A program made the translations under genes and the position numbers. A DNA stretch of 52,333 nucleotides, from positions 1-52,333 of the IMG/VR virus record IMGVR_UViG_3300043446_000626. One strand, given 5' to 3'. A model generated the notes under the pieces. The model ran no database searches. It worked only from the letters and a program-made list of their open reading frames with translations, and was not told the DNA's origin. The DNA comes from a virus (lineage: Duplodnaviria; Caudoviricetes). Positions 9,518 through 24,326 of this stretch are shown here, one piece after another. Position 1 is the stretch's first letter; every line of letters starts with the position of its first letter.

Positions 9518-9910
9518 ATGAGTTCTGCCGTCAAAACCAACCCTGAGAAGTGGAAGCGGATCGTCGCTTCGGTCAAAGCCTCCGATAAGGGCGGAAAGCC
9601 CGGTCAGTGGAGTGCTCGGAAGGCCCAATTGGCCACTCAGAGATACAAAGGCTCTGGAGGGGGTTACAAGGGGCCGAAAAGTGCCGATAATTCGCTCTCA
9701 AAGTGGACTAAAGAGGACTGGGGAACTAGGTCCGGGAAGCCCTCCACTCAAGGCCCTGAGGCGACTGGCGAAAGGTATCTGCCCAAAACTGCTCGGGAGA
9801 AACTATCCCCGGCGGAGTACGCGGCGACAACCCGAGCCAAGCGCGAGGGGATGAAGCAGGGAAAACAGTTCGTTCCTCAGCCCGAATCGATCAAGAAAAA
9901 GGTGTGGTGA
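9518..9910 (+). CDS. Basic hypothetical phage protein
   Basis: Lys-rich, GQWSARKAQL and SLSKWTKEDW motifs; in operon. Confidence 0.7.
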   Translation: MSSAVKTNPEKWKRIVASVKASDKGGKPGQWSARKAQLATQRYKGSGGGYKGPKSADNSLSKWTKEDWGTRSGKPSTQGPEATGERYLPKTAREKLSPAEYAATTRAKREGMKQGKQFVPQPESIKKKVW

Positions 9911-9911
9911 T

Positions 9912-10547
9912 ATGACAGTCGCAGCCGTCATGACCTACGACAGTTTGGTCGAAAACATCCAGTCCTACCTGGAGCGTACCGACCAAGCGACGCTCGACAA
10001 GATTCCTCTGTTCATCATGCTCGCCGAGCAGGTTATTGCTTCCCAGATCAAGTTTCTGGGAAACCTGACGGTCCAAACCAGTGCGATGGTGCAGGGCGCT
10101 AACGTCATCGACAAACCTGCCCGGTGGCACAAAACGGTATCGATGAACATCACCGTTGCAGGCAAGCGCTACCCAGTTCTGCTTCGCAGGTACGAGTACC
10201 TGCGGGAGTATTGGCCTGATCCGGCTCAAGAACTGATCCCGAAGTTCTATTGCGACTACGACTACACCCATTGGATGGTGGCGCCCACGCCGGACTCCGC
10301 CTACAACTTCGAGGTGCTGTACTACGAGCGGATTCAGCCCCTGGACAGCAGCAACCAGACCAACTGGTTCACGATATATGCGCCTCAAGCGTTGCTGTAC
10401 GGTTCTTTGCTGCAGGCGATGCCGTTCCTGAAGAACGACGAGCGGATGCCGATGTGGCAGCAGCAGTACGACGCGATCATGCAGACCTTGATGGCTGAAG
10501 ACAAGTTGCGTGTTGCCGATCGTCAAGCGGTCGCGGTAGACAGTTAA
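9912..10547 (+). CDS. Head-tail adaptor / tail tubular protein A-like
   Basis: TYDSLVENIQSYLER, VAPTPDSAYNFEVLYY, ALLYGSLLQAMPFLKNDER pattern. Confidence 0.7.
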   Translation: MTVAAVMTYDSLVENIQSYLERTDQATLDKIPLFIMLAEQVIASQIKFLGNLTVQTSAMVQGANVIDKPARWHKTVSMNITVAGKRYPVLLRRYEYLREYWPDPAQELIPKFYCDYDYTHWMVAPTPDSAYNFEVLYYERIQPLDSSNQTNWFTIYAPQALLYGSLLQAMPFLKNDERMPMWQQQYDAIMQTLMAEDKLRVADRQAVAVDS

Positions 10548-10556
10548 GGATTGACC

Positions 10557-11285
10557 ATGACTGTTTGGGCCGTCTACATCGTCACGAACAAAGCCAACGG
10601 CAAGCAGTACGTTGGCATTGCCAAGGACTTGAAGCGCCGTTGGCATCAGCACATCTCGGCCAATGGAAGTGCTCCTGCGCTTCATGCTGCGATTAAGAAG
10701 TATGGCAAAGACGGCTTCATCTTCTCTCACATCTGTGATGCGTTTGACTTTGAGGCGGCCTGTGATCTTGAGCGGATGCTCATTCAGCAGCACAACACTA
10801 AGTCTCCGTATGGCTACAACCTGACAGATGGTGGCGATGGAGTTGTAGGACGAGCCCTGACTCAGGAAGAAATTCAGCATCGGCGCGAATTTATGTTGTC
10901 TTACTCTGCCTCCATGACTGCTGAGGAGCGTTCTGCAAAATTTGGTTGGGCAAAGGGACGCAAGTGGACTCCAGAGCAGATTGAGCAGATCAGCGCATCT
11001 AACAAAGGCAAGAACTCGGGCAAAAGGCCATCGGAAGAAGTAAGGGCCAAGATGTCTGTCGCCCACAAGGCTCGTTCTCGTAAGCCTATGAGCGATGAAA
11101 CCAAAGAGAAGATCCGCCAGTCTCTGCTAGGTCGTAAGATGCCAGAAGCCGAGAAACCCAAGCACGCGAGTTTCTTGGGCCGAAAGCATACGGAAGAGAC
11201 TAAGGCCAAGATTCGCGCTTCAAACATTGCAACGAAGGCTCTTCTAAAAGCCAAGAGACTCGCCGAAGAAGAGGTGGATAAATGA
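10557..11285 (+). CDS. Free-standing GIY-YIG homing endonuclease with NUMOD3-like repeats
   Basis: AVYIVTNKANGKQYVG..RRWHQH; GYNLTDGGDG; SEE.RAKMS, SDETKEKIR, HTEETKAKIR repeats; SD AAGGA before ATG 10557. Confidence 0.88.
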   Translation: MTVWAVYIVTNKANGKQYVGIAKDLKRRWHQHISANGSAPALHAAIKKYGKDGFIFSHICDAFDFEAACDLERMLIQQHNTKSPYGYNLTDGGDGVVGRALTQEEIQHRREFMLSYSASMTAEERSAKFGWAKGRKWTPEQIEQISASNKGKNSGKRPSEEVRAKMSVAHKARSRKPMSDETKEKIRQSLLGRKMPEAEKPKHASFLGRKHTEETKAKIRASNIATKALLKAKRLAEEEVDK

Positions 11286-12523
11286 CTAGTTATAACTCGG
11301 TCTTCACGGGCCAAGTCATTCAGCCGACGGATGTTTCCTTCCGGGCCGTTACGCTGTCTGCGAACACTCAACTGCAGTGGCCCATCAACGGCAACGCAAC
11401 GGACGACTTCGCAGCGCGGATCATGAATGTGACGGCCACCACGAGTGGCCTGTCTCTTTATATGCCGCCCGCGAACCAGACTTCGGTCGGCAACGATGCC
11501 TTGATCCGCAACACGGGTTCGAACTCGTTCACGGTCAAAACCTACGGCGGCAACAGCACGATCATCACGATCGCCGCGGGTGAAGCAAAGTACATCTACA
11601 TCACAGCCAACCCGGATGTATACGGAACTTGGGGCAACATCGCATTCGGAACTGGCACTTCTGCCGCTGATGCTGCTTCCCTGGCCGGGTACGGTCTCCT
11701 GGCCACCGGGTCTACTCTGAACCAGAGCCACCCGACTGCCTCATTGATTGCGGCGTACACCTTTGCTGCATCTGATCGGGCTCAGACCTATGTGTGGTCT
11801 GGCGGGACGACTACGGCAACGCTTTCTGCTGCGTCTACTCTTGGCAACAACTGGTTCTTCCTGTTCAAGAACAACGGAACCGGGACGGTCACGATCGGAA
11901 CCACCGGTTCACAACTACTGGATGGGGCCACGAGCAAGGCGTTTGCTCCTGGAGAGTCCGCCTTCATTGTCTGTACTGGTACGGCATTCGTCACGATCGG
12001 CTACGGTGTCAGCACTCAATTCGAGTTCGGCGTACTGACCAAGCCGGTGACCAGTGGGGCTTACTCACTGACGGCTTCAGAAGCCTCAAACGTCATTCAG
12101 TTCTACACCGGCACCCTGTCTGGGAACGTCACGGTCACCTATCCCCCGGTGGTGAACCTCTATGTGGTGTCCAACCAGACTTCCGCAGGCGGATACACCC
12201 TGACCGTCACCACAGGCATCATTGGTGGCGCATCCGCCGTGGTTCCATCTGGTGGACAGGCCACCCTGATCTGCGACGGGACAAACTTCTACAACGCCAA
12301 CACGACTCAAGCGGGCGCAACCTCTCTGAGTTTGATCAACGGCACGGCAGGCTCTCCATCCTTGAACTTTGCTTCTGAGACCAACACGGGCGTGTATCGT
12401 CCTGGAGCGGGCCGATTCGGCGTTTCGATCCTGAGCAACTTGGTTTTGGATGTCAATGCATCAGGCGTCAATGTGACGGGGTCTGGCAACTTCACCACCG
12501 GCATCTCCGGCGGGGCATTCTGA
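11282..12523 (+). CDS. Tail/virion structural protein
   Basis: Thr/Gly-rich beta protein; GTAGSPSLNF..ETNTGVYR motif; ends GISGGAF. Confidence 0.7.
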   Translation: MTSYNSVFTGQVIQPTDVSFRAVTLSANTQLQWPINGNATDDFAARIMNVTATTSGLSLYMPPANQTSVGNDALIRNTGSNSFTVKTYGGNSTIITIAAGEAKYIYITANPDVYGTWGNIAFGTGTSAADAASLAGYGLLATGSTLNQSHPTASLIAAYTFAASDRAQTYVWSGGTTTATLSAASTLGNNWFFLFKNNGTGTVTIGTTGSQLLDGATSKAFAPGESAFIVCTGTAFVTIGYGVSTQFEFGVLTKPVTSGAYSLTASEASNVIQFYTGTLSGNVTVTYPPVVNLYVVSNQTSAGGYTLTVTTGIIGGASAVVPSGGQATLICDGTNFYNANTTQAGATSLSLINGTAGSPSLNFASETNTGVYRPGAGRFGVSILSNLVLDVNASGVNVTGSGNFTTGISGGAF

Positions 12524-14789
12524 TGACGAAGAAGGTCTTCTCGCTCGACACCAAGCCCGGTATTCAGCGGGACGGAACTTACTTTGACAAGGAGTTCTAC
12601 ACCGATGGTCGTTGGGTGAGGTTTCAGCGGGGCCGTCCTCGCAAGATCGGCGGGTACCGGCTGATCACCAACCAGATTGCGGGACCGTCTCGGGGCATCT
12701 ATGTGGTGCCCCGAAACCTATTCAATAACATCTACAACGGCTACTCCGATGGCCTGCAGGTCATCCCTGTGGACGCCAACGGGACTGGATCGGGCATCAC
12801 CGACTACACGTTCGGCGGATCCATCCTGACGACCAATGTCTTGGTGGGTGGGTCTGCATACACCAACGGCACCTATACCGGCGTTCCGCTGTCCTATGTC
12901 ACCACAGGCAAAGGATCGGGTGCTTCGGCCACGATCGTCGTCTCTGGCGGGGCTGTTACGTCCGTGACCATCACCGGGCCCGGATTTGGGTATCTGGTGT
13001 ACGACAAGTTGACAGCCGCGGCATCCCTGATTGGCGGAACTGGTTCAGGTTTTTCTTTCCAGGTAGCCACGACTTCAAGTTGCTTCACGCCGTCGGACGC
13101 CAATATGTGGCAGTTCGACACCTTCACCGACTCGTCTGGAAGCGGCGCCAACCTGCTCTTGGCTCATCCTTCGCAAGACCTGAACAACATCGACAGCGAC
13201 ACGAACTCTCCTGTCCTTTGCGGGCCCTTGGATCAGACGAACCTTCGTCCGATTGGGGTGTTCACTGAAGTTGCGGCAACGATCACCTCGGGATCCGCGA
13301 CGGTGACTCTTGCTGCTGCAAACCTCAACATTGGGGCCGGACAACTTATCACTGGACCTGGGATTCCCGCCGGAACTCGTGTCAGCGCTGTCTCTACGAC
13401 GACCCTGACCTTGAGCCAAAACGCCACGGCAAACGGCTCCAACGTCACCCTGGTCTTTGACAACGAGGTCTCTGTCTCTGGTGGAGTGGTTTCTCTTCAC
13501 CCGTATGTATTCGTCTACGGCAACGACGGGTTTTTGAGGAACTGCGCCGCAGGCAACATCGACGACTGGACTTCTGCTGACGCCAACGAAGTGAACGTGG
13601 CCACGGGCAAGATTGTCCAAGGGCTTCCGGTTCGCGGTGGTTCTAACGCCCCATCAGGACTTTTCTGGTCCCTGGACTCCCTGATTCGGGTTTCCTATGC
13701 CCCGACGAACGTCGTGGTGGGCGGAACGACGATCACCCAATACTGGCGGTATGACGTTGTCACTTCCCAGTCTTCGATCCTGTCTTCTCAGTGCGTGATT
13801 GAGTACGACGGCGTGTACTTCTGGTGCGGCACTGACCGATTCCTGCTGTACAACGGTGTGGTCAAGGAGATCCCCAACTCCATGAACCAGAACTGGTTCT
13901 TTGACAACCTGAACTACACGCAGCGTCAGAAGGTTTGGGTCACGAAGGTTCCTCGTTTTGGGGAGATCTGGTGGTTCTATCCTCGCGGCAATTCTGAGGA
14001 GTGCAACGACGCCATCATCTACAACATCCGCGAGAACACTTGGTACGACCTTGGAGAGGCTCTTGGGGCTCGCAGGTCTGCAGGGTACTTCTCTCAGGTC
14101 TTCCGTTTCCCTGTGAATGCAGGATGGGAGACCAACGCCGTAGGCGGGGTGTTGAACACCTCCATCGCAAATGCGGGATCCTCCTACACCAACGGGACGT
14201 ATTCCTACATCGCACTGACCGGCGGGACTGGAACTGGCGCAAAAGCCGACATTGTGGTGTCTGGCGGGAAAGTGATCTCCATTGTGATCGACGACCGCGG
14301 GACTGGGTATACGGTTGGAGACACCTTGTCTGCCTCCATACCTGCGGGGTCTGGATTTCAGTTGACGGTTGGTTCTACTGTGGACTTTGTGTCCCTGTGG
14401 CAACACGAAGTGGGTACCGATGCGGTGGCCTTCACAAGCGCAGAAGCCATTGAATCATTCTTCGAGACATCTGACCTTGGATGGGTTGCGGGCGGTCCTT
14501 CGCAGCCTGATCCCGTTGGGGAGAACAAGTGGCTGCGGATTGAGCGGGTAGAGCCTGACTTCATCCAAGAAGGCGACATGGATCTCTATGTTGTGGGCCG
14601 TCCGTTCGCTCAAAACGAGGACAAGATCACTGGCCCCTATACCTTCTCTCCAACGACCGGCAAAATTGATATGCGCGAGCAGCGCCGAGAACTTCGGTTT
14701 AAGTTTGTGTCGAACGTGGCCGGGGGAACGTACCAGTTGGGCAGAATCATCGTTAACGCAGACCTGGGCGACTCTCGTCCGTACTCAAC

Positions 14790-14793
<4 letters not shown>
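12523..14793 (+). CDS. Tail nozzle / tail tubular protein B-like
   Basis: 756 aa; KPGIQRD..WVRFQRGRPRKIGG N-terminus, EIWWFYP, RIERVEPDF; position before the ejection genes. Confidence 0.7.
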
Positions 14794-19560
<4,767 letters not shown>

Positions 19561-19570
19561 AGGAGCAACC

Positions 19571-20563
19571 ATGGGACTCTTCGATCCGATCGCCCCGCCA
19601 AATGTAGAAACGTCTCGGACTACTGCGGCGACCGCTCCGTCGTATCTGACCGACTACCTGACGGCTCTTGCCTCTAAGGGGATTGAGCAACTTAACGTCC
19701 CTGGTTCAGAGTTGGTGGCAGGACCATCCTTCCTGCAGCAGACGGCTTTTGATATTGCGCCTGGGGCTCTAACAGCCTTTCAGTCACCTATGGCTTCTGC
19801 ACAGAAGGCAGCAGAAGCAGGTGCTGCGGCCATCACCCCGACTGACATCTCTGCTTTTTACAACCCGTATGAGAAATCGGTTGTGGACGAGATGGCCCGC
19901 CAAAGTGCTCAGAACGTCCAACAGCAGTACCTGCCTCAGTTGCGGGGCGCTTTTGGCGGAACTGGTGCTTTCGGAAGCCGCCGGTATGCCGGGGCTGTAG
20001 GCCAGTCCCTGGCGGATGTTCAGTCCGACCTTCTGGGTCAACAGTCCAAGTACCGTGCAGCAGGCTTCCAAAGCGCTTTGGATGCTGCGCTGAGGCAAAA
20101 GACGGGGCAGACTTCTGCAGCAAATGCACTGTCTGGAATCGGCACGGGTATTCAATCTGCGACCACTACTGGCTTGAAAACTCTGTCAGATTTGGGCGGC
20201 ATTCAGCAGGCGCTTGAGCAGGCAAAGATCGAGGCTCCGACCATTCGGGCTCAGAACATTGCTCAGATCCTTCGTGGATACACCTATCCGACGACGACGG
20301 AAGAAACATATAAGGGGCCCGCGTCTATATACGGTCCTTCTCCGCTTTCGCAGGTTGCCGCTCTTAGTTCATTGATTGGCTCTGGCTTCTCAAGCCCGAG
20401 CGGATGGGGCAACAAGTTGTTGGATTGGTTTGGCAAACAAATTGGAAGCACCGGCCTTAGTTACAACCCTGGAGCAGGATACGGAACGGGCACCACTTCA
20501 ACTGGGTTGAACATCTACGACCCGAACAACTATCCGCCCATTGATCCTGACGTTGGGCCGTAA
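19571..20563 (+). CDS. Putative DNA ejection/pilot protein
   Basis: Gln/Ala/Gly-rich; FYNPYEKSVV and GAFGSRR motifs; SD AAGGAG. Confidence 0.6.
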   Translation: MGLFDPIAPPNVETSRTTAATAPSYLTDYLTALASKGIEQLNVPGSELVAGPSFLQQTAFDIAPGALTAFQSPMASAQKAAEAGAAAITPTDISAFYNPYEKSVVDEMARQSAQNVQQQYLPQLRGAFGGTGAFGSRRYAGAVGQSLADVQSDLLGQQSKYRAAGFQSALDAALRQKTGQTSAANALSGIGTGIQSATTTGLKTLSDLGGIQQALEQAKIEAPTIRAQNIAQILRGYTYPTTTEETYKGPASIYGPSPLSQVAALSSLIGSGFSSPSGWGNKLLDWFGKQIGSTGLSYNPGAGYGTGTTSTGLNIYDPNNYPPIDPDVGP

Positions 20564-20572
20564 GGAAAAACG

Positions 20573-22009
20573 ATGGCAACTGCTCAACGCCCTCCCCTGT
20601 CGATGATGGCTGAGACCCCTGAGGAGCAAGCCGCTCTTGAGAAGGTCACAGCAAGCCGAAAGGCCCTTGAGGATGCTCTAAGGTCTCGGGAGAACCAACT
20701 CTTCGATCCCGTTCTTTTGGCCATGGCTCAGGGCTTCTTGAGCCCCACCAAGAGCGGATCGTTTGGCGAGACTTTGGGTAACGTGGCCGGACTGGTTGGC
20801 TCTGCCCAGTCAGGACAAGAAAAGCAGGCCATGGAAATCGCCCAGATGCGGGCGGAGTTGGCCGCCCAGGAACTGGGCATGGCTCAGGCTACTCGGGGCG
20901 AGCGTGAATTCCAAAGGCTTCTTGGCCCTCGTGCGCCTGAAGGTGCCGCTCCTGCAGGGGCTCCGTCTGCGCTGCCTGAACAAGGCATGAGGCCGTTGAA
21001 TGAGACGGATATTGCTCGTTTGGCTGCCATGCCTGGGATGGAAGGGCGAGCCAAGATCCTTGGCGATATGCTGAAGTCGCAGCGCGATCGGTTTGCCATC
21101 TCCATGCAGGGCATCGTATTCGACCGAGATACTCAGAAGTATCTGAACCTGCCGATCCCTGGGCAGAAGCAAGAAGAGTTCTCTACTCCCTACGGCACAT
21201 TCAAGATGACGCCGTATGAGTACGACCAGTACAAGAACGCCGAAGAAGCCGGTAAAGGCTCGGAGTGGATTGAGTCCTTCCGTCGTCCTGGTGGCGCAGC
21301 CAAGCCTGCACAGGCGGCTCCTGGTGCTGCCGAAGCAGCGCCCGGACGGTTGACCACTTCAGAGTCCGAAGCAAGAGCGGCGGCTTTGAAGAAAGAGGCC
21401 GAGGCCGGAGCGGCATCTCGCGCAGATCAAACCTCTCAGGTCCGTACCGCAGGCAAGGCTGCTCTGGGTCTTTTGCCAATCTATGACCGGATGGAGGTTC
21501 TCCTGAAGGCTCCCGGCATGGATCAGGTCATGGGCGTCTTGGAGCGTGGTGATGTGATCTCTGCTCTCGGTAACCTTGCCGAGGAGGCCATCCGGGTTGG
21601 GACGTTCTCTGTTGGTGTTCCTGCAGTTCGCAAGATCATCGCTCAGACCGGCGCCCCGCAGGATGTGATCGACCGTGCTGCTGAGTTGGGTCAACTCTTG
21701 GCCATCACGCAGTTCGAGCAGCGCAAGGGCCTGGGATCCGGTACTTCTGTGTCGAACTTTGAGCAGACCATGGTCAACGCCATGGGCCCCAACATGACCG
21801 ACACCATGCGGTCGTTCGGTCAGAAGTTGAACTTCTTGCGTGAGAAGGCGAAGTTTGAGAACGAACTGGCTTCTGCCCTGCGTAAGAGCAAGATGCAGTA
21901 CGAGGACTTTGAAGACACTCCGGAGTTCGCCAAGTTGTTTGGCGAGTATCAGCGCCGAGTGACGAACATCGTGTATCCGGGCAAGAAGCCGTTCCAGGTG
22001 ATGAGGTAA
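20573..22009 (+). CDS. Putative internal virion/ejection protein
   Basis: Helical Ala/Glu-rich 478 aa; GTSVSNFEQ motif; operon position. Confidence 0.55.
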   Translation: MATAQRPPLSMMAETPEEQAALEKVTASRKALEDALRSRENQLFDPVLLAMAQGFLSPTKSGSFGETLGNVAGLVGSAQSGQEKQAMEIAQMRAELAAQELGMAQATRGEREFQRLLGPRAPEGAAPAGAPSALPEQGMRPLNETDIARLAAMPGMEGRAKILGDMLKSQRDRFAISMQGIVFDRDTQKYLNLPIPGQKQEEFSTPYGTFKMTPYEYDQYKNAEEAGKGSEWIESFRRPGGAAKPAQAAPGAAEAAPGRLTTSESEARAAALKKEAEAGAASRADQTSQVRTAGKAALGLLPIYDRMEVLLKAPGMDQVMGVLERGDVISALGNLAEEAIRVGTFSVGVPAVRKIIAQTGAPQDVIDRAAELGQLLAITQFEQRKGLGSGTSVSNFEQTMVNAMGPNMTDTMRSFGQKLNFLREKAKFENELASALRKSKMQYEDFEDTPEFAKLFGEYQRRVTNIVYPGKKPFQVMR

Positions 22010-22011
22010 CC

Positions 22012-23022
22012 ATGGCCGAGAAACAGTTCAAGGTCCAGACCCCTGACGGGAAGTTCATCACCGTCACGGCTCCTGAGAACGCCACGGATGCCGAAATTGA
22101 GGCCCTGGCTGCGGCTCAGTTCTACAAGACGCCCACTCGGGAGAAAGTTGATCTGACCCCAGATCCAAACACAATCCGTGTTCTTCAGGCCGAGTATCAA
22201 AGAGAAGTTCAGCGTATTTTGGATGCCAGGGCAAAAGGCGATGCTGATGCTTTGCGAAGGGCTGAGGTCGATCGAGCATCTGTTGCCAGAGAACTGCAAC
22301 GCCTGGGCCCGAATTTGATCCCTGGTGCAGACACGACGCCTGAACCTAGGGCTGCTGCGCCTACCCCGGCTCAGTCTTTGGCCAGTCGTGCTCGTGAAGC
22401 CACTCAAAACATCGACCCCACCAGGGCGTTGATTGATCTCGCCGCGGCAACTACTGGGGCGGGCGGCTCTCAAATGATGCAGGGACTGATGGCCAATGTG
22501 CAGGGCGGCCCGACAACTACTCGCACCGGAACTCCCGTGGAGAAGTGGGCCGGAGCCATGGGCTATGGCAATCGGGGAGGAAGAACCTTCTCCGAGGCTC
22601 ATCAAATGGAACAAGGTCTGCGCAAGGGAGCCAAGATCGGCGGGGTTCAGCCTGAGTTCCGATTTGCCAAGCCTCCGACTGTTGAGCCCGCAATGGCCCA
22701 AAGAGTTGGCCAGAGCATGATGGGAGCGCCCAAGACTGTTGGGGCTCTTGGCGGACTGGGGATGGCCGAATCCGGCATGGAAGCCATGCGTCGGATGGAA
22801 CAAGGCGATCCTATCGGTGCTGCTATTGCCGGTGCGGGAGCCCTTGGTGGTGGCGCGGCGATGGTCCCGACGCCCGCTACTCGATTGGGCGGAACTGCCC
22901 TGGGTATGGCTTCACCACTTTCCCTGTACCTACTGGACAAGATGCGTTCCCGCGGGGTCGCCCTCGAAGAGGCTCAAAGGGCCTTGACAGGCGTTGACCT
23001 CATGGGTAATCCTATGCCCTAA
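22012..23022 (+). CDS. Putative internal virion protein, last gene of the late operon
   Basis: FKVQTPDGKFITVTAPENATDAEI N-terminus; Gly/Ala-rich C-terminus. Confidence 0.55.
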   Translation: MAEKQFKVQTPDGKFITVTAPENATDAEIEALAAAQFYKTPTREKVDLTPDPNTIRVLQAEYQREVQRILDARAKGDADALRRAEVDRASVARELQRLGPNLIPGADTTPEPRAAAPTPAQSLASRAREATQNIDPTRALIDLAAATTGAGGSQMMQGLMANVQGGPTTTRTGTPVEKWAGAMGYGNRGGRTFSEAHQMEQGLRKGAKIGGVQPEFRFAKPPTVEPAMAQRVGQSMMGAPKTVGALGGLGMAESGMEAMRRMEQGDPIGAAIAGAGALGGGAAMVPTPATRLGGTALGMASPLSLYLLDKMRSRGVALEEAQRALTGVDLMGNPMP

Positions 23023-23061
23023 TCTCTCCTCTCTCTCCTTAGACAGTTGCAAAAGAGAGTT

Positions 23062-23086
23062 AAGGCCCCTTCGGGGGCCTTTTTTT
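23062..23086 (+). terminator. Rho-independent terminator between convergent operons
   Basis: AAGGCCCC-TTCG-GGGGCCTT followed by a T run. Confidence 0.9.
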
Positions 23087-23306
23087 ATGCGTGTCCACCT
23101 GTACAAGTGGCAAGGACAAGGAGCCTTCTGTTGTGCTCTTCCATGTCCACGAGGGCCTGTTCGTAACCCTTATCGAAGATCAGCGAGAAGATCTTGCTCA
23201 TGTAAGCATCTTCGGTGTTGGCTCCTTGGTCGAACTCGTCCGCTAGAGCGACGATCTCATCCCAGTTTGCCTCCAACTTTCCATCGCTGATCTTGATGAG
23301 GATCAT
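23085..23306 (-). CDS. Hypothetical protein
   Basis: MILIKISDGK...; coupled to upstream leftward gene. Confidence 0.6.
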   Translation of the reverse strand: MILIKISDGKLEANWDEIVALADEFDQGANTEDAYMSKIFSLIFDKGYEQALVDMEEHNRRLLVLATCTGGHA

Positions 23307-23470
23307 TTCTGGGCCTTCAGCCACTTCTTGAGCACCACGCATTGCTCCATCATTTCTTCCACCAAAGGGATGGCCTCCTGGTGCTGCTTCTCAAGACACA
23401 GGTCATGAATCCTGCGTTCGAGTTGCTCGATCTTGATGAGCATCGGGGCGTAGTCAAACAGGTCCGGCAT
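23303..23470 (-). CDS. Hypothetical protein
   Basis: MPDLFDYAPMLIKIEQ...; overlapping leftward cluster. Confidence 0.55.
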   Translation of the reverse strand: MPDLFDYAPMLIKIEQLERRIHDLCLEKQHQEAIPLVEEMMEQCVVLKKWLKAQK

Positions 23471-23675
23471 ATCGGGCTGCCTCGTCAACCAAGTCATCAA
23501 TTTCACTGAGTTGCTCCCTAGTTGCAACGAACCCTGTGTTTGCAAGAAGATCCCGGATCTCGTGATACCGTTTGGAGTCCCGGTCGAATCCCTTCAGCAC
23601 TTCAAGGAAGATGGGCAGTTGATCGTTCGTCCACCCCTTCCCGAAAAGCGCATCGATGAACTCTTCAGGCGTCAC
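23454..23675 (-). CDS. Hypothetical protein
   Basis: GTG start with AGGAG upstream; TPEEFIDALFGKGW... Confidence 0.55.
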   Translation of the reverse strand: MTPEEFIDALFGKGWTNDQLPIFLEVLKGFDRDSKRYHEIRDLLANTGFVATREQLSEIDDLVDEAARYAGPV

Positions 23676-23883
23676 GGCGCTTCTCCTGCAGGGCGTCTGC
23701 GACCACCCCGTTGAGAGACCGCACGAACTCGACGCACTTTTCTCGCTCTGCTCGGGCGATTTTAGGTGCAGCCGCGGCGATAAAACCATTGGCGAGTTTC
23801 ACTAGGTCTTCTTCAAGGAAGGCGTAGTTCTCCTCCAACCAGATGGTCCGGAAGGCTTCTTTGACCTCTTCGGTTGTCATCAT
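23665..23883 (-). CDS. Hypothetical protein
   Basis: ORF track; AEREKC motif common in small phage proteins. Confidence 0.6.
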   Translation of the reverse strand: MMTTEEVKEAFRTIWLEENYAFLEEDLVKLANGFIAAAAPKIARAEREKCVEFVRSLNGVVADALQEKRRDA

Positions 23884-24146
23884 GAGCGGGCCTTTCGCAC
23901 GATCTTGGTGCTCTTGCGGCCGGGACGGGCCTTCGGGGTTCCATCCTTCTTCAGGCCGTATGGGGCTTCCTTCTTCGACTCACTCCACGGATAGTTGGGC
24001 ATCTCCACCGTAGCGGTTGCGCTTCCATTGGTGACGGTCACCGTCTGAACCTTCGGCTCTAGCACTTGCATCATGTCGTGCGTGTAGGCAGACACGGCTG
24101 CCTTGATGATGTCGTACTGCAGGGGGGTTACTTGCAAAGTGATCAT
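23880..24146 (-). CDS. Hypothetical protein with basic AT-hook-like tail
   Basis: APYGLKKDGTPKARPGRK; SD AAGGAG. Confidence 0.65.
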   Translation of the reverse strand: MITLQVTPLQYDIIKAAVSAYTHDMMQVLEPKVQTVTVTNGSATATVEMPNYPWSESKKEAPYGLKKDGTPKARPGRKSTKIVRKARS

Positions 24147-24155
24147 GTTCTCTCC

Positions 24156-24326
24156 TTAGAAAAAGCCAAACCAAACACCAGTTCCGTGGACACAGCCCAC
24201 AGGAAAGAAGATCGCCCCGACAAGCAGCAGGAGCCACTTGCTCGTGGAAATCGACACGATGACATGGGTCAACCATGCCAAACCGGTCCAAAGCAGGAGC
24301 GCTACGCTCCAGAATGAGTCGTTCAT
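24156..24326 (-). CDS. 56-aa membrane protein (absent from ORF track)
   Basis: MNDSFWSVALLLWTGLAWLTHVIVSISTSKWLLLLVGAIFFPVGCVHGTGVWFGFF. Confidence 0.65.
   Translation of the reverse strand: MNDSFWSVALLLWTGLAWLTHVIVSISTSKWLLLLVGAIFFPVGCVHGTGVWFGFF

Noticed and set aside
9891-11066. 391-aa minus-strand ORF and similar long antisense ORFs (15283-16467, 36589-37560, 49479-51227)
   Set aside because: They lie opposite well-supported + strand genes and lack motifs or ribosome-binding sites
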